The notes under the pieces are model-generated. The model was not told the origin of the DNA, ran no database searches, and saw only the letters and a program-made list of their open reading frames with translations. The position numbers were made by a program, and so were the translations under genes. From a virus: a DNA stretch of 64,000 nt. Of the stretch, positions 28,901-38,427 are shown piece after piece (positions within the stretch are counted from its first letter, which is position 1; each line of letters opens with the position of its first letter). Where the stretch lies: positions 10,381-74,380 of the IMG/VR virus record IMGVR_UViG_3300048813_000107; one strand, 5' to 3'.

Positions 28901-30406
28901 CGTCTTGAGCATCACCAGGCCGCTGGGCCCCATGGACTTCATGACCGCCGTCTGGATCTCATCCAGGGTGCCGGTGATCCCGGTCTTGCCGAGGTTCTTG
29001 GCGATGCCGACCGGGTTCAGGCCGAGCTGCTGCATCTCCCCGGTCTGCACCGTGTTCGGGTTCTGCAGCGACCCGATGGTGTGCCGGAGGTTCTGGGCGG
29101 CCCAGTCCGGGCTCATGCCCATGCTGGTCATCGTGGCCAGTGCCCCGGCGACCTGCGGAAACGAGACGTGAGCGGCGGAGGCGACCGGCAGGACGGCAGG
29201 CAGTGCCCCGACCGCCCCGGCCATCGTCATCTTGCCCTGGCCGACCATCGTGATGATCTCGTTCATGTCCGACATGGCGGTCTGCGAGGTCGTCTTGCCC
29301 TTCTGGGGGCCGTACGCGTTCATCAGCGACGTGAGCGCGTTGCCGACCTCGGACAGCGGGGCGCCCTCAGCCTGCGCGCCCTGCGCCGCGGCCTTCAGCA
29401 CGCCGAGGCCGGCCTGACCGTGGAACCCGGCCGAGTTGATCATGTACGCGCCCTGCGCCAGCTGGGACTGCGACGTGTTGGTCTCACCCGACAGCTTCAG
29501 GATCCCCGCCGAGTCCATCGGGAGGCTGGCCTGACTCTCCCCGGCGCTGGTGTACAGCCGGGTCACCTGCGTCTGGAGCTGGGCCGCCTTGTCGACGCCG
29601 TACGCCAGCGCGGCCGCGCCGCCGAGCGCCAGCAGGTGGTACTTCGTCGCGCTGGCCTCGGCTGCGCTCGCGTCGTCAGCGGCCTGCTGGGCGGCGACCT
29701 TCCTCGCCGCCTGCTGCTGCGCCACCGCCGCGTCCTGCTCGACGCTCGAGGTGGCCAGGGAAGGTGCGGCCACGGCCATCGCCGCGTCACCCTTCGCCAG
29801 CGACAGCGAGCTATCCGCCGACCCCGCCGCGATCTTGTCCTGCATGGCGGAGGTCTCGGCGATGGTTGCGCTGATCTCCGCCCGGAGCGCCGCCACCTGC
29901 GCGGCAGCCTCGTCCGAGGAGGTCCCGATGCCCTTGATGCCGTCGCCGACCGCGCCGAGCCCGGCGCCCTCCTCGGCTACGCCGCCGAGCGCATCACCGA
30001 GCTTGCCGACTTCGCCGGCCGCGCCCGCAGCCCCTTCGCCGAGGTCATCGAGCTTGCCGCCGCTCCCGGCGATCTTGTCCATGCTCGCCGAGATGTCCGC
30101 CGCCGCGGTGTCGTACTTAGCGACGAGATCATCCAGCCCGGCCCCGCCTGCCAGCGCCCCGGCGTCACCGAGGCTCGCGATCTCGTCGCGGATCTTGCCG
30201 ATGCTCCCCGACACCTTCGCCGCGGCATCGTTCCAGGCAGCGGCGATGTCGCCAGCCCCGGCCCCGTCAGCCGCCCCGCCTCCGAGGGAGGCCAGCTCGT
30301 CCTTGAGCTTGCCGACAGACTCTGAAGCCTTGTCGAAGGCGCCAGCCAGGTCGTCGACGGCGCCGAGGCCGGCGACATCGACGGTGATGGTCTCTTCGAT
30401 CGCCAC
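25919..30406 (-). CDS. Tape measure protein
   Basis: 1495 aa Ala/Gly-rich helical; TP901-like core; FSPSK and IKSPS motifs. Confidence 0.93.
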   Translation of the reverse strand: MAIEETITVDVAGLGAVDDLAGAFDKASESVGKLKDELASLGGGAADGAGAGDIAAAWNDAAAKVSGSIGKIRDEIASLGDAGALAGGAGLDDLVAKYDTAAADISASMDKIAGSGGKLDDLGEGAAGAAGEVGKLGDALGGVAEEGAGLGAVGDGIKGIGTSSDEAAAQVAALRAEISATIAETSAMQDKIAAGSADSSLSLAKGDAAMAVAAPSLATSSVEQDAAVAQQQAARKVAAQQAADDASAAEASATKYHLLALGGAAALAYGVDKAAQLQTQVTRLYTSAGESQASLPMDSAGILKLSGETNTSQSQLAQGAYMINSAGFHGQAGLGVLKAAAQGAQAEGAPLSEVGNALTSLMNAYGPQKGKTTSQTAMSDMNEIITMVGQGKMTMAGAVGALPAVLPVASAAHVSFPQVAGALATMTSMGMSPDWAAQNLRHTIGSLQNPNTVQTGEMQQLGLNPVGIAKNLGKTGITGTLDEIQTAVMKSMGPSGLVMLKTFNQSASAAQDATTMMKAMPPAISKVAQSYLDGTISAKQYNAEVFSGSESAGQKNLLSQFATTANAAHGFNAALKSGQPDAQVYSAAMSKILGGTVGLQTALMLTGQHAGTAKANVDAVAASAQHAGDNVKGWSAVQSTLNFQLGSFTKSTEAVATEAGQVALPALTGLMHGLSDVGGFLASNPGLTKPLVEAGGVLAGVAVAGKVASAGATALASVGKVAETLNIPGLSKLSGLGQGSGLDGAAAGLKGSAGDLSGSAADLSEAAATLKEGSAGGAAGAEAGAARTAEGDAAGTAEGAGAGGLFAKVASKGGLDGAGLAAAVTPIAAGVTAGLMLRGYSDSLAPKGTPAGQISQDVQKSNPMSPDWAVGGIIGKLGLSNIGLDIGKDISRAQSAGSQIAGGIPRSLFDDARHSIASLFGGGGPPQMERVGGGGGGDSVKFAQVKPPDTGAFTSAGHAIESAFDSAKSGAGAALSGIAAEVSGAGSKAAASASSGFHAVESAVSSAMSGAASAAESGAGRVVSEVGSIGGKAAAALARMPGELESIGSSAVAGLAHGIEAGIGAVVGAAEHVAGAVEGAMKGVLKSFSPSKVTEAVGVDTSAGLAKGITGGTTAVKTSALTLSAATITSLTQGLQGGTSAIDAAMQAVTGKGSRPQDITTIISTISTLKGDVAHALAAGQVSQPQDSALTRMLTADNAKLQSLSARRTVLETEITDAQQIAQQVLSSTGVMSAGTYTPSLAASDGPLAASATITGMQEQAADQAQFAQQAGQLKKMGLNSASLNQIVQSGASSGLPVAEGLTSGGKGAIGQVNKLQSQIQASAAQLGGVGGPAMYQAGVQAGAGLAQGLESQLGTVDAAISAMARSMVATIEHDLKIKSPSLVFAERGAMVPAGVAMGVDAGAGQAVAAVGRMGSRMTGAYHPGMAYAGYGGGHGGGSGSGGGGGGGDTHITINMTVNGSVSTQQDLVNAVTKGLRAKGAANWQTGIIRPGRAG

Positions 30407-30467
30407 GGCGACTCACCCCCCGTGCGCGAGAAAGAAGCAGCGGCGAGAGGGACGGGAGAGGTGCAGG

Positions 30468-30893
30468 TCAGAGCGTCAGGTACTCGGCCAGGATGATCTG
30501 CATTGCCGCGGGCATCGTCCCCCGGACCTCATCCTCCGCGCGCTCCATGTAATGACTGCCGGCCTGGGTAACCGACCCGCCGGGCCGGCTGAATACCTGC
30601 CCGGTCGCCGCGTTCCGCAAGGGCCACGGACCCTTCGCGGTGATCGTCCCGCCGTCGTTGCGGAACCGGCCGTAGATGATGTGCGGCGCTACGACCGCGG
30701 TCGCATGGGTCCCGGAGCCGAACACCGCGTCGACGTGCTCCGAGCGCCGCAGTGCCCCGGACAGGACCGGGGTCGTGACGTCGAGACCGGCGAGGTACTC
30801 CTTCGACCCCGCCTTCGCGCAGTCCAGGGCAAGGGACTCCTCGCAGTGCTCCGCCATCTCGCGGTATGCCGTCGCTGCTTCGGAGAGGTTCAC
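30468..30893 (-). CDS. HK97 gp10-like tail completion protein
   Basis: TPVLSGALRRS, YGRFRNDGG, YMERA. Confidence 0.7.
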   Translation of the reverse strand: MNLSEAATAYREMAEHCEESLALDCAKAGSKEYLAGLDVTTPVLSGALRRSEHVDAVFGSGTHATAVVAPHIIYGRFRNDGGTITAKGPWPLRNAATGQVFSRPGGSVTQAGSHYMERAEDEVRGTMPAAMQIILAEYLTL

Positions 30894-31114
30894 CGGCCGC
30901 CCCCGTTCTGGATCGCCCTCAGCGTGTAGGCCACCGCATCGAGGACCCCGGCAACAGGGATGGGGATGTCATCGGGGGTGGCGGGGTGGATCCACCCTTC
31001 GGCTATCCAGCGGGCGTGGCGGATGGTGCGGGGGCTGAGGCCTCCGGGGGGGCGGCGGCACTGGCCGAGGAGGTACTGCCTGAGGTGGGGGCCGAAGGCT
31101 GGGTCTCTTTTGGG
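30890..31114 (-). other. -1 programmed frameshift extension of the tail chaperone
   Basis: C-CCA-AAA heptamer 31114-31108; -1 frame open 75 codons to TGA 30890 overlapping next GTG. Confidence 0.8.
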
Positions 31115-31506
31115 ACATTTCCGTTGAGGATTTCAAAATACGGATCCAGGGCCTTCAGCAGCGCGTTCCACACGACCAGGCCGCCTGCGGTGGCGAGGCG
31201 ATTCCGCGACCCGGCGTCCCACGGGAGAATGCCAGGGAATGAGATGCCCTGCACGATCCACTGGCATACCAGGTCGTGAACGGGCTTAAGGTCCCGCCGC
31301 AGCAGCCTGACCGAGGGGGGCGGAGCGTCCGGGTCGGGTACCGCCCCCGGGTACGCAGCCGCCGCAACGGCTATCGCGGCCTTCTCCTTGGCGTCGATGA
31401 TCTCCAGGCGAAGATCCTGGTAATCGTCCTGCTGACTCGGCTGGAGCGTCGCGGGGTTCTTGATGTCCGCCAGATCGACCCATCCGCCGGGCAGGGGAAT
31501 CTGCAT
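31003..31506 (-). CDS. Tail assembly chaperone, short form
   Basis: Directly after tail tube; contains slippery site. Confidence 0.8.
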   Translation of the reverse strand: MQIPLPGGWVDLADIKNPATLQPSQQDDYQDLRLEIIDAKEKAAIAVAAAAYPGAVPDPDAPPPSVRLLRRDLKPVHDLVCQWIVQGISFPGILPWDAGSRNRLATAGGLVVWNALLKALDPYFEILNGNVPKETQPSAPTSGSTSSASAAAPPEASAPAPSATPAG

Positions 31507-31565
31507 TGTGCTCGCTTTCGTGTTCGGGTAAGCGCCGCAGGGTACGTAAAGTAGCGTAGAGGTGA

Positions 31566-32831
31566 CTACGCGTAAGTTGGTAGTGCGTTTTGCAACGTTA
31601 TGGAGCAGGGGGATCGGCCTCCGGAGTTACCACTGTTAGTTACGTTCGAAACGAAATCTCCCGAAACATCGAAGCCAAAAAATTCGTCCCCCGACAGCGG
31701 CGCCGTCTTGTACGCGGCCTGGTTAGCAGCCAGCGCGAACGACCACAGGCCCGTTCCGCTGCCGCCATTGCCGATTGACCACGCCAGGGTCGGCTGCGCG
31801 TTCGTCAGCATGTTCGTCAGCGCGCTCTCATCCAAAGCCGGGTCGTACGTGAGCTTGAACGAGCAGTCGAAGTTGCCCCTGCCGATCAGGTAGGGCTGCT
31901 GGTACCCGTCGCCCGTGTTCTTCGGCGTGACCTTGCGGGTCAGGGTGGCTGACCACACCGTGATGTCGTCCAGGAGCGTGGATGCGACCGTGGTCGTGCT
32001 CTTCCAGCCCGGGATCATGCGGACAGCGCTGAAGCCCGGCACCGGGATAAACGACGGGTAGGCCTTGGCGTAGCTCGTCACCTTGCCCGACCAGGTGAGG
32101 ATCCCCGACGCCTTGGCGTTGATGGTGATCTCGCTCATGCACCCGTACGGGAACAGCCACGCGTAGTTGTTGCCCGCGCCGGGGATGTTGTTGCGGTGGA
32201 TGAGCGAATGGGTCGGCCCCTGCCCGGTGACGACCCCCGTGCTGCCGTAGGGGTTGAGCAGGGAGAACGTGTGGCTGAAGGGTGCGATGACCGTCACCAC
32301 GGCGATGGTGGTCAGGTGGGAGAAGCGCAGCGGCGTCGTCGCGTCCAGCACGATGGAAGTCGCCGTCGACCCGGTGCCGACCTTCACGACCTCCGCGTTG
32401 ACGCCGGTGTCAACCTGGATGAGCGTCCCGGCCACGGCGGAGGTCGCGGACGTGACCGCGACCGGCCCCGCCCCGGCCGTCAGCGCCCCCGATGTCGTCC
32501 ACGTCGGCGTGCTCGCGGTCCCGGTCTCCACGAGATCGGACATCAGGTTATACAAAAAATGGCCGAACGTATCGCAGTAGAGGGGGCTCTCGGCGATGTC
32601 GGACTCAGCCCACAGGGGTCCCTGCTGCACGTCGTGAGTTTTGGTGAAGTCGCCCCACATGCTGCCGTCTTCTACCCACGTGACCTTGTTGTCCGGCTTG
32701 AAGTCCACGATCGGCGCGCTGGCAAAGGCGGCCTGGGCGGGAGTGACCCCGAATCCGCCCGATTCCAGGCCGATCTGCAGGAGCTGCGTGCACTTCGGGT
32801 ACACGCCAACCGGGGGCGAGGGGGCAGCCAT
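31566..32831 (-). CDS. Major tail tube protein
   Basis: LQIGLES..FG N-terminus, FSHTFS, ITLQN...Y C-terminus; position. Confidence 0.85.
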   Translation of the reverse strand: MAAPSPPVGVYPKCTQLLQIGLESGGFGVTPAQAAFASAPIVDFKPDNKVTWVEDGSMWGDFTKTHDVQQGPLWAESDIAESPLYCDTFGHFLYNLMSDLVETGTASTPTWTTSGALTAGAGPVAVTSATSAVAGTLIQVDTGVNAEVVKVGTGSTATSIVLDATTPLRFSHLTTIAVVTVIAPFSHTFSLLNPYGSTGVVTGQGPTHSLIHRNNIPGAGNNYAWLFPYGCMSEITINAKASGILTWSGKVTSYAKAYPSFIPVPGFSAVRMIPGWKSTTTVASTLLDDITVWSATLTRKVTPKNTGDGYQQPYLIGRGNFDCSFKLTYDPALDESALTNMLTNAQPTLAWSIGNGGSGTGLWSFALAANQAAYKTAPLSGDEFFGFDVSGDFVSNVTNSGNSGGRSPCSITLQNALPTYA

Positions 32832-32833
32832 CT

Positions 32834-33172
32834 CTAGTTCTCCTCGCTGCCGGGCTGGCCGGCGGGGGTCGGGGCGGTAGCGGGCATGACGGCGGGAGGT
32901 GCGGGGACGGGACCGGCGGCCACAGGACCGGGCGCCGCGGGCTGCTCTTCGGCCGCCTCAGGCTCCGCCTCGGCCCTGTCCGCGGCTTCCTCCGCTTCCA
33001 GGGCTGCGGCCCTGGCCCGGTCCTCGCCGGTGACGGGGCGCCACTGGCGGTCGGGGGCCTCGTCCAGGTCCCGGATGTCACCCGGCTTCACCTCGCTGAG
33101 GAGGATGCCCCTGGCGTCCCTGGTGGCGGGGTAATACCAGGGGGTAGAACCGGTGTAGATCAGTTCAGGCAC
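32834..33172 (-). CDS. Small virion morphogenesis protein
   Basis: GTG 33172 with GGAGG; YTG...VKPGD motif and P/A-rich tail. Confidence 0.65.
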   Translation of the reverse strand: MPELIYTGSTPWYYPATRDARGILLSEVKPGDIRDLDEAPDRQWRPVTGEDRARAAALEAEEAADRAEAEPEAAEEQPAAPGPVAAGPVPAPPAVMPATAPTPAGQPGSEEN

Positions 33173-33226
33173 GGGACGGCCTCCAGGGAGCGCAGCGAGG
33201 AAGAGGGGCGTGGGACGATGGCGGCC

Positions 33227-33652
33227 ATGAGCAGCACGAAGGGGGCAGCGGCGTGGCCTGAGGGGACGCTGCCCGCGATCCTCGAGCCCTGGATACGGGT
33301 CACCATCACCGGTCCGGCGATGGGATGGGGCGGGCAGGTGATCCAGGTCGCCGGGTACGTCAAGGGGCCGGAGACCGTAGGCGACACCGGCGCGGACATC
33401 GACGCGCTGGTCGGCCGCAGCCATCAGCGGTTCACCGACGGGCTGGCCCGGGCCACCCGGGAGACGATGTACCGGCAGGCCGAGGAGGCGATCGAGGCCG
33501 CGCTAGAGGCCGGGTGGGTCCTCGCCGGGCACCCGGAGATCAGGGTCGGCGGCACGGTCAACCGCGACCGCGACACGGGCGTTGATGTCCCGATGGCCGA
33601 GGTGGGCGTCGCGCTGCACTTCCGCGCGCCTAGCCCGCCGGATCAGGAATAA
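33227..33652 (+). CDS. Counter-oriented hypothetical protein
   Basis: TG-g-GACGAT 7 nt before ATG 33227. Confidence 0.6.
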   Translation: MSSTKGAAAWPEGTLPAILEPWIRVTITGPAMGWGGQVIQVAGYVKGPETVGDTGADIDALVGRSHQRFTDGLARATRETMYRQAEEAIEAALEAGWVLAGHPEIRVGGTVNRDRDTGVDVPMAEVGVALHFRAPSPPDQE

Positions 33653-33661
33653 TCGCTTCCC

Positions 33662-34159
33662 ATGACGACCCCTCAGCCTGAGCCCGCCCGCGGCAATGAC
33701 GGCTCCTCCGCCCCTGACGGCTTCCTCTCCGGCATCCCGCAGCAGATCGGCCAGGCGGTGGCCGCTGCCGTCGCGCAGGTCCTGCAGCAGGTCCCCATGC
33801 GCGTTCAGCAGCTCAAGTGCGCGACATGCGTCCTGGCCCGGGCCCAGTGGGCAGCAGCCCACGCTGCCGACATCAAGGCCGCCGGGGAGCGGATGGCGGA
33901 GGCGCTGGCAGCTTTCCCGCCGGATCACCCGATCCGCCAGCAGGCGGACCTCGTGGCGTTCCTGCCGCCGCACCTGCACCCCGGGGCGGGCCCGGAGTCG
34001 ATGCCGCCCGTCCAGGACGGGGCCGTGATGACCGCGGGGACGATCGTGTGCCCCGCGCACATCCCCGGCATACCGCAGGCGGGCGGGGGGCGCAGGGAGT
34101 TCCTGATCGCCAACGGGTCCCTGTCCGCGACGATGCTCGCGGAGATGGCCAGGCGCTAA
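33662..34159 (+). CDS. Counter-oriented CxxC/CxxH protein
   Basis: CATC...CPAH; AATAAT 8 nt upstream. Confidence 0.6.
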   Translation: MTTPQPEPARGNDGSSAPDGFLSGIPQQIGQAVAAAVAQVLQQVPMRVQQLKCATCVLARAQWAAAHAADIKAAGERMAEALAAFPPDHPIRQQADLVAFLPPHLHPGAGPESMPPVQDGAVMTAGTIVCPAHIPGIPQAGGGRREFLIANGSLSATMLAEMARR

Positions 34160-34671
34160 GCCTGGATAGTCTCGGTGACCAGCAGCCTGAGCAGCGAGTC
34201 GTAGCGCAGGTACGCCTGATCCTCCAGCGCGGCGACGAAGATCTTGCCGCGCATCACCTCGCCGAGGTTCGAGATCTGCGTTTCCTCGCCCGTCCACGGG
34301 TCGATGACGTCCGCCGGCATCGGGTAGGCGAACCGGAACGCTTTCATCGCTGCGTCGACGATGCCGGGGAACAGCGAGTCGGCGTCTTCCTCGTCGTCGG
34401 CTTCCATGTGGATGATGAACACGTCGATCGAGTGCCGGAGCACCTTGAAGCCGGCGGAGGTGTCAGGACCCTGGTTGCGGGACATCGACCCGCCGTTCTT
34501 CAGGTCCCGCGCCTCGCTGATCTCCGTGGGCCACACGTAGGAGGTCGGGATGTCCGTCTCGGTGTTCGGGTCCGGGGCGTTGATGTAGGCCGCCATGTCC
34601 GGCACGCTGCCGGGCATCGGGAGGCTGACCAGAAGACCCTTGACGTATGCGAGGCACGAGGCGATGGGCAC
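34156..34671 (-). CDS. Tail terminator-like protein
   Basis: 171 aa between adaptor and tail tube. Confidence 0.6.
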   Translation of the reverse strand: MPIASCLAYVKGLLVSLPMPGSVPDMAAYINAPDPNTETDIPTSYVWPTEISEARDLKNGGSMSRNQGPDTSAGFKVLRHSIDVFIIHMEADDEEDADSLFPGIVDAAMKAFRFAYPMPADVIDPWTGEETQISNLGEVMRGKIFVAALEDQAYLRYDSLLRLLVTETIQA

Positions 34672-34684
34672 CGCTCACCCCCCG

Positions 34685-35650
34685 CTAGATAACCCGGTCG
34701 AACGTGCCGACGAGCAGCGCCTTCGCGTCCTTCTTGAAGTCCGCGATCCGGCTGGTACCCGATGCCCCCGTGGCGGGGACCTGCCGGGTCGTGGTGCTCG
34801 TCGCGCCCCGGGTCAGTGCCTGCGCGGCGCCGAACAGGATCGCGGCCTGCACCACGGTCTGAGGCAGCGTGGAAACCATCACCCCGGCCGCGTGCTCGTA
34901 GGTGAGCGGGGTGGCCAGGGTCAGCGTCCCCGGCCCCTGGCTGGCGGACGCCGCAGTGACCTGGATGACCTCCTGGGCTGCGGCGTCGTACGCGGTGCCG
35001 GTCGCCCCCGTCGCCCCGTTCAGCGCCGCCGCGATGACCCACCCGGCGCAGTCATCGACCTGGATCGTCTGCACGGCGGGCGAGACGGCCGGGGTAGCGA
35101 TCGCGGTCAGCCCCGCGTGCGGCCAGCCGTTGACGTACTGCACCTGGACGGCCAGGCCGTTGCGCCCGTAACGCCCGTTGACGTACTCGCTGGAGACGAG
35201 GATGCCCTGCCCGCCCTCGCCCGCCGCCGGGGGGGCCGTGGAGCCATACAGCCCCGCCGGGGGGTACTGCACCTGGTACAGGCCGGCGGGGACGGTCGTC
35301 CACACGTACGGGAGCCGGTTCTGCGCCACCTGGACGGAGACGACCTCGAGCACCGGGCAGCGGGTCATGATCAGCGTGGCGTCACCGCACCCGCCCCGCG
35401 GGGCGCCGACCCGGGCACCGGGCCCGTACAGGATCAGCGTGTCGATGGTGGCCCGCAGCGGCTGATGGCATACGCCATCGACCATCGCCGTGGACCGGGC
35501 GCAGATATTCGACTGCTCGGCGAGACGCTGCTCCGGGCTGACATTGCTGCCGGCAGGGATCGATGACCAGCTCACACCGGTGCTCGCCTGGGTCAATAGC
35601 TCCGGGGTGCAGTACGGAGTGAGGCCCGCCACGGGCAGGGGGGTAGTCAC
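34685..35650 (-). CDS. Head-to-tail adaptor
   Basis: PYCTPELL, VDGVC, VQYVNGW, LPQTVVQAAI. Confidence 0.75.
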   Translation of the reverse strand: MTTPLPVAGLTPYCTPELLTQASTGVSWSSIPAGSNVSPEQRLAEQSNICARSTAMVDGVCHQPLRATIDTLILYGPGARVGAPRGGCGDATLIMTRCPVLEVVSVQVAQNRLPYVWTTVPAGLYQVQYPPAGLYGSTAPPAAGEGGQGILVSSEYVNGRYGRNGLAVQVQYVNGWPHAGLTAIATPAVSPAVQTIQVDDCAGWVIAAALNGATGATGTAYDAAAQEVIQVTAASASQGPGTLTLATPLTYEHAAGVMVSTLPQTVVQAAILFGAAQALTRGATSTTTRQVPATGASGTSRIADFKKDAKALLVGTFDRVI

Positions 35651-35718
35651 GGGGCGCTACCCCCCGCCGTCATCTCCGGGCAGCCCTCGCTGCGTGAATG
35701 AAGTCCCGCAACGCGTCT

Positions 35719-36378
35719 TTACCGGATGCCGTACCAGAGCTTGCTCGCGGACAGCGCCCACGACGTGCCCCATGCCAGCGTGGTCGTCGCGCCGATGGTG
35801 GTCGGCGCACCTGAGGTCAGGACCGCCGAGTTCAGCGTGGGGACCGTGGCCGACAGCGAGCAGTTCGGGTTCATCACCGCAGCGCCCACCGACCCGGTAG
35901 CCGTCGCGGTCACGGCCGGCATCGACGGGGTGGTCGCCGTGTGCTCCTGGAAGACGTAGTAGTAGCCCGGGGTCAGCGCCACCGGGGTCACCCACGGGAC
36001 CGAGGTCAGGCCGTTGGCGGTGATGAGCGCGTGGGACTCCGCCGTCCAGGCCACCGGGCCGACGCCGGTGGCGGTGTACAGCCCCCAGATGGAGTTGGAC
36101 GGGGAGCCGTAGGCGGTGAAGATCACGTCCAGGTAGGTGCTGGTGCCGGAGACGGGGACGTAGACGCGGGTCAGGTAGCCGTAGGCGGTCGTCAGGACCA
36201 CGGCGGTCGGGGAGAGAATCTCCGTGTTGACCGACTGGCCGAGGTAGCCGCCGGCTACGGCCTGGGTGCTGACACCCGACTCCGCGACGATGAGGCCGGC
36301 GACGGACTGGGGCAGCGGGGACGTCGAGTTGATCGTGTTCGGGTAGCCGGCGATGAGGCCGTCGTTGTTGTTGCCCAC
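35719..36378 (-). CDS. Putative capsid decoration protein
   Basis: Beta-rich, downstream of capsid; domain shared with fibre C-termini. Confidence 0.55.
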   Translation of the reverse strand: MGNNNDGLIAGYPNTINSTSPLPQSVAGLIVAESGVSTQAVAGGYLGQSVNTEILSPTAVVLTTAYGYLTRVYVPVSGTSTYLDVIFTAYGSPSNSIWGLYTATGVGPVAWTAESHALITANGLTSVPWVTPVALTPGYYYVFQEHTATTPSMPAVTATATGSVGAAVMNPNCSLSATVPTLNSAVLTSGAPTTIGATTTLAWGTSWALSASKLWYGIR

Positions 36379-36435
36379 AGGGGACCTCCAGGAGTGCTGT
36401 CAGGTTGATGTGTCCGGGCAGGTCCCGGGGTGGCG

Positions 36436-36768
36436 CTACTTCGCTGCAGTGGCGGCCCTGGGGGCGGCCTTGGCGGTCTCCGGTGCACTGTCCGCGGCAC
36501 CGGCCTTCCTTGCCAGGCTGACGAGCTCGCCGATGGCGGCGTAGAGCGTGGCCGGGTCACGCTGGCGGGCGGTCTCGTCGCCGTGGAGGCGCTCGGAGCG
36601 CTCGTCCTCGGTCTCCCAGATCTTCTTGCCGCGGTGGTGGAAGCTGTGCATCTCATCCGACAGCTCGTCCGGCAGGTCGAAGCCGCCGTGATCCGGGTCG
36701 GCCGCGAAGTTGCCCCAGACGGGGTGGTCGATGACTGCCCGGGGTGCCCCGAGCGGGTACAGGCGCAT
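36436..36768 (-). CDS. Hypothetical head-associated protein
   Basis: 110 aa, AAAGGA RBS. Confidence 0.6.
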   Translation of the reverse strand: MRLYPLGAPRAVIDHPVWGNFAADPDHGGFDLPDELSDEMHSFHHRGKKIWETEDERSERLHGDETARQRDPATLYAAIGELVSLARKAGAADSAPETAKAAPRAATAAK

Positions 36769-36856
36769 GGTGCATTCCTTTGGTTGCCTGCCGTTACCGC
36801 CCCCGGCGCGGAGCAGCAGCGCCGGAGGCGGTACGGGCCTGGTGATGGGTGCGGCT

Positions 36857-38353
36857 TTACCCCACGTTTGAGATGACCGCCTGGGCTACCGGAGCCCGGT
36901 TGATGAAGGCGGAGTTCGTGCGGATCTCGAACTCCTTGCGCGGACCCCCGCCCTTGACGTTGGCGACGCGGGAGATCCCGTAGTCGAACTGCGCCATGTC
37001 GCGCAGGCAGCGGACCTCGAACACGGAGCTGATGTTCGCCTGCGGGAACGGGACCCGGTCCATCCGGCCGATGATCGTGCCGGGCGGGAGGGAGACGTCG
37101 ACCTCGATGGGTACGTCGATGCCGCCGGCGGGCGCGTTGATGATGTTCCCGACCCGGCCGCCCGCGGTGACGTTGATACGGCCGGAGCTGTCGGTGTTCA
37201 GGAACGTGGTCGCCGAGCTTGCCCCGAGGACGAGATTGGCCATCTCCTGGGCCTGCGCCGCGTTCACCATGACCGCGGTCGGGGACGCCTTGACCTGGTT
37301 GAACAGGGTCATGAAGATGTATTCCTGGACCTCGTTGATGGTGCCGCCGCTCAGGGTCAGCGCCGCGCCGTTGAGGCTGGTCCAGATGGACGGGTTGGCG
37401 GTGCCCGTTCCGGGCTGGACCCACTGGCCCACGCCGTTGTAATCGCCGCTCAGGGACGCGAGCAGCCCGTCATAGTCGTTGGCGAAACCGCTGCCGTTGT
37501 CGGCCGCGGAGTTGTAGGTCGGGACGCCGGTGACGCCCTGCCACAACTTGCTCAGGTCCGGCAGGGTGGTCGGCAGCGCGTTGCTGCTGGACAGGACCGA
37601 CGTCATCGTGACCGTGTTCGTGGTCGTCGTGCCGTAGTAATACCAGGTGACGCCGTTGGACGACTGGAACCAGTCGTAGCAGACGGCGCCCCGGACGGCG
37701 GCCGTGGTGGCCAGGACCGAGTTGGTAGTACCGCCCGAGAAGGTGGTGTGCGCGGAAGCGCCCTGAGAGTTGCCGTTGCCGTAGAAGTAGCCCGAGCCGG
37801 TCCGGGCCGCCACGCCGGTGTACACCTCGACGTTGGTGATGGTGCCGCCCGTGGACACCTGGGTCAGGGTCGGGGCGGTCGCCGCGGCCAGCGGGAACGA
37901 CTGGGCGGTGAGCAGCTGCCGGTCTTCCGCGATCAGCATCTGGTTCATCACGTTGAAGGTTTCAACGGCATACGGATCGGCGTAACCGGACGCCAGGTCG
38001 TAGGCGTCCTGGGTGACCAGGCCGGAGTAGGCCAGCGGCTTGTAGCGGGCCTGGAAGTCCTGCTCTTCGATGTTGATCTCGTTGCCCGCGAAGTCGAAGC
38101 CGGGCGCCGGGGACGGCTGGGTGTTGTTGACGTTCATGATCGCGCGCCACACGGCGAACGGGTTGCCCTGCTTGGCCTTGGTGCGGGCCACGCGGTCACG
38201 CCACGGGGTGACGACCGGGATCAGGCTGACCAGCTCGGACAGGTCATAGCCGTAGATGCCGGTGTCGTTGTAAATACCAGCCTCAGTGGCCTTCTGGACG
38301 CTGACGATGGCGTCGATGGTCTCCTGGGTGAGACCGTCAAGCGTTGCGGTCAC
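36857..38353 (-). CDS. Major capsid protein
   Basis: AAAGGAGG RBS, GYDL..LIPVVTP, inserted Thr-rich domain, VISNVG end; follows scaffold. Confidence 0.85.
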   Translation of the reverse strand: MTATLDGLTQETIDAIVSVQKATEAGIYNDTGIYGYDLSELVSLIPVVTPWRDRVARTKAKQGNPFAVWRAIMNVNNTQPSPAPGFDFAGNEINIEEQDFQARYKPLAYSGLVTQDAYDLASGYADPYAVETFNVMNQMLIAEDRQLLTAQSFPLAAATAPTLTQVSTGGTITNVEVYTGVAARTGSGYFYGNGNSQGASAHTTFSGGTTNSVLATTAAVRGAVCYDWFQSSNGVTWYYYGTTTTNTVTMTSVLSSSNALPTTLPDLSKLWQGVTGVPTYNSAADNGSGFANDYDGLLASLSGDYNGVGQWVQPGTGTANPSIWTSLNGAALTLSGGTINEVQEYIFMTLFNQVKASPTAVMVNAAQAQEMANLVLGASSATTFLNTDSSGRINVTAGGRVGNIINAPAGGIDVPIEVDVSLPPGTIIGRMDRVPFPQANISSVFEVRCLRDMAQFDYGISRVANVKGGGPRKEFEIRTNSAFINRAPVAQAVISNVG

Positions 38354-38427
38354 GGGATGCCTCCTTTCAGGGGGCATGCGAAAGCCCCGCGCGCTCAGGC
38401 GTCACGGGGCTGGAGAGTTCCGGGGGG

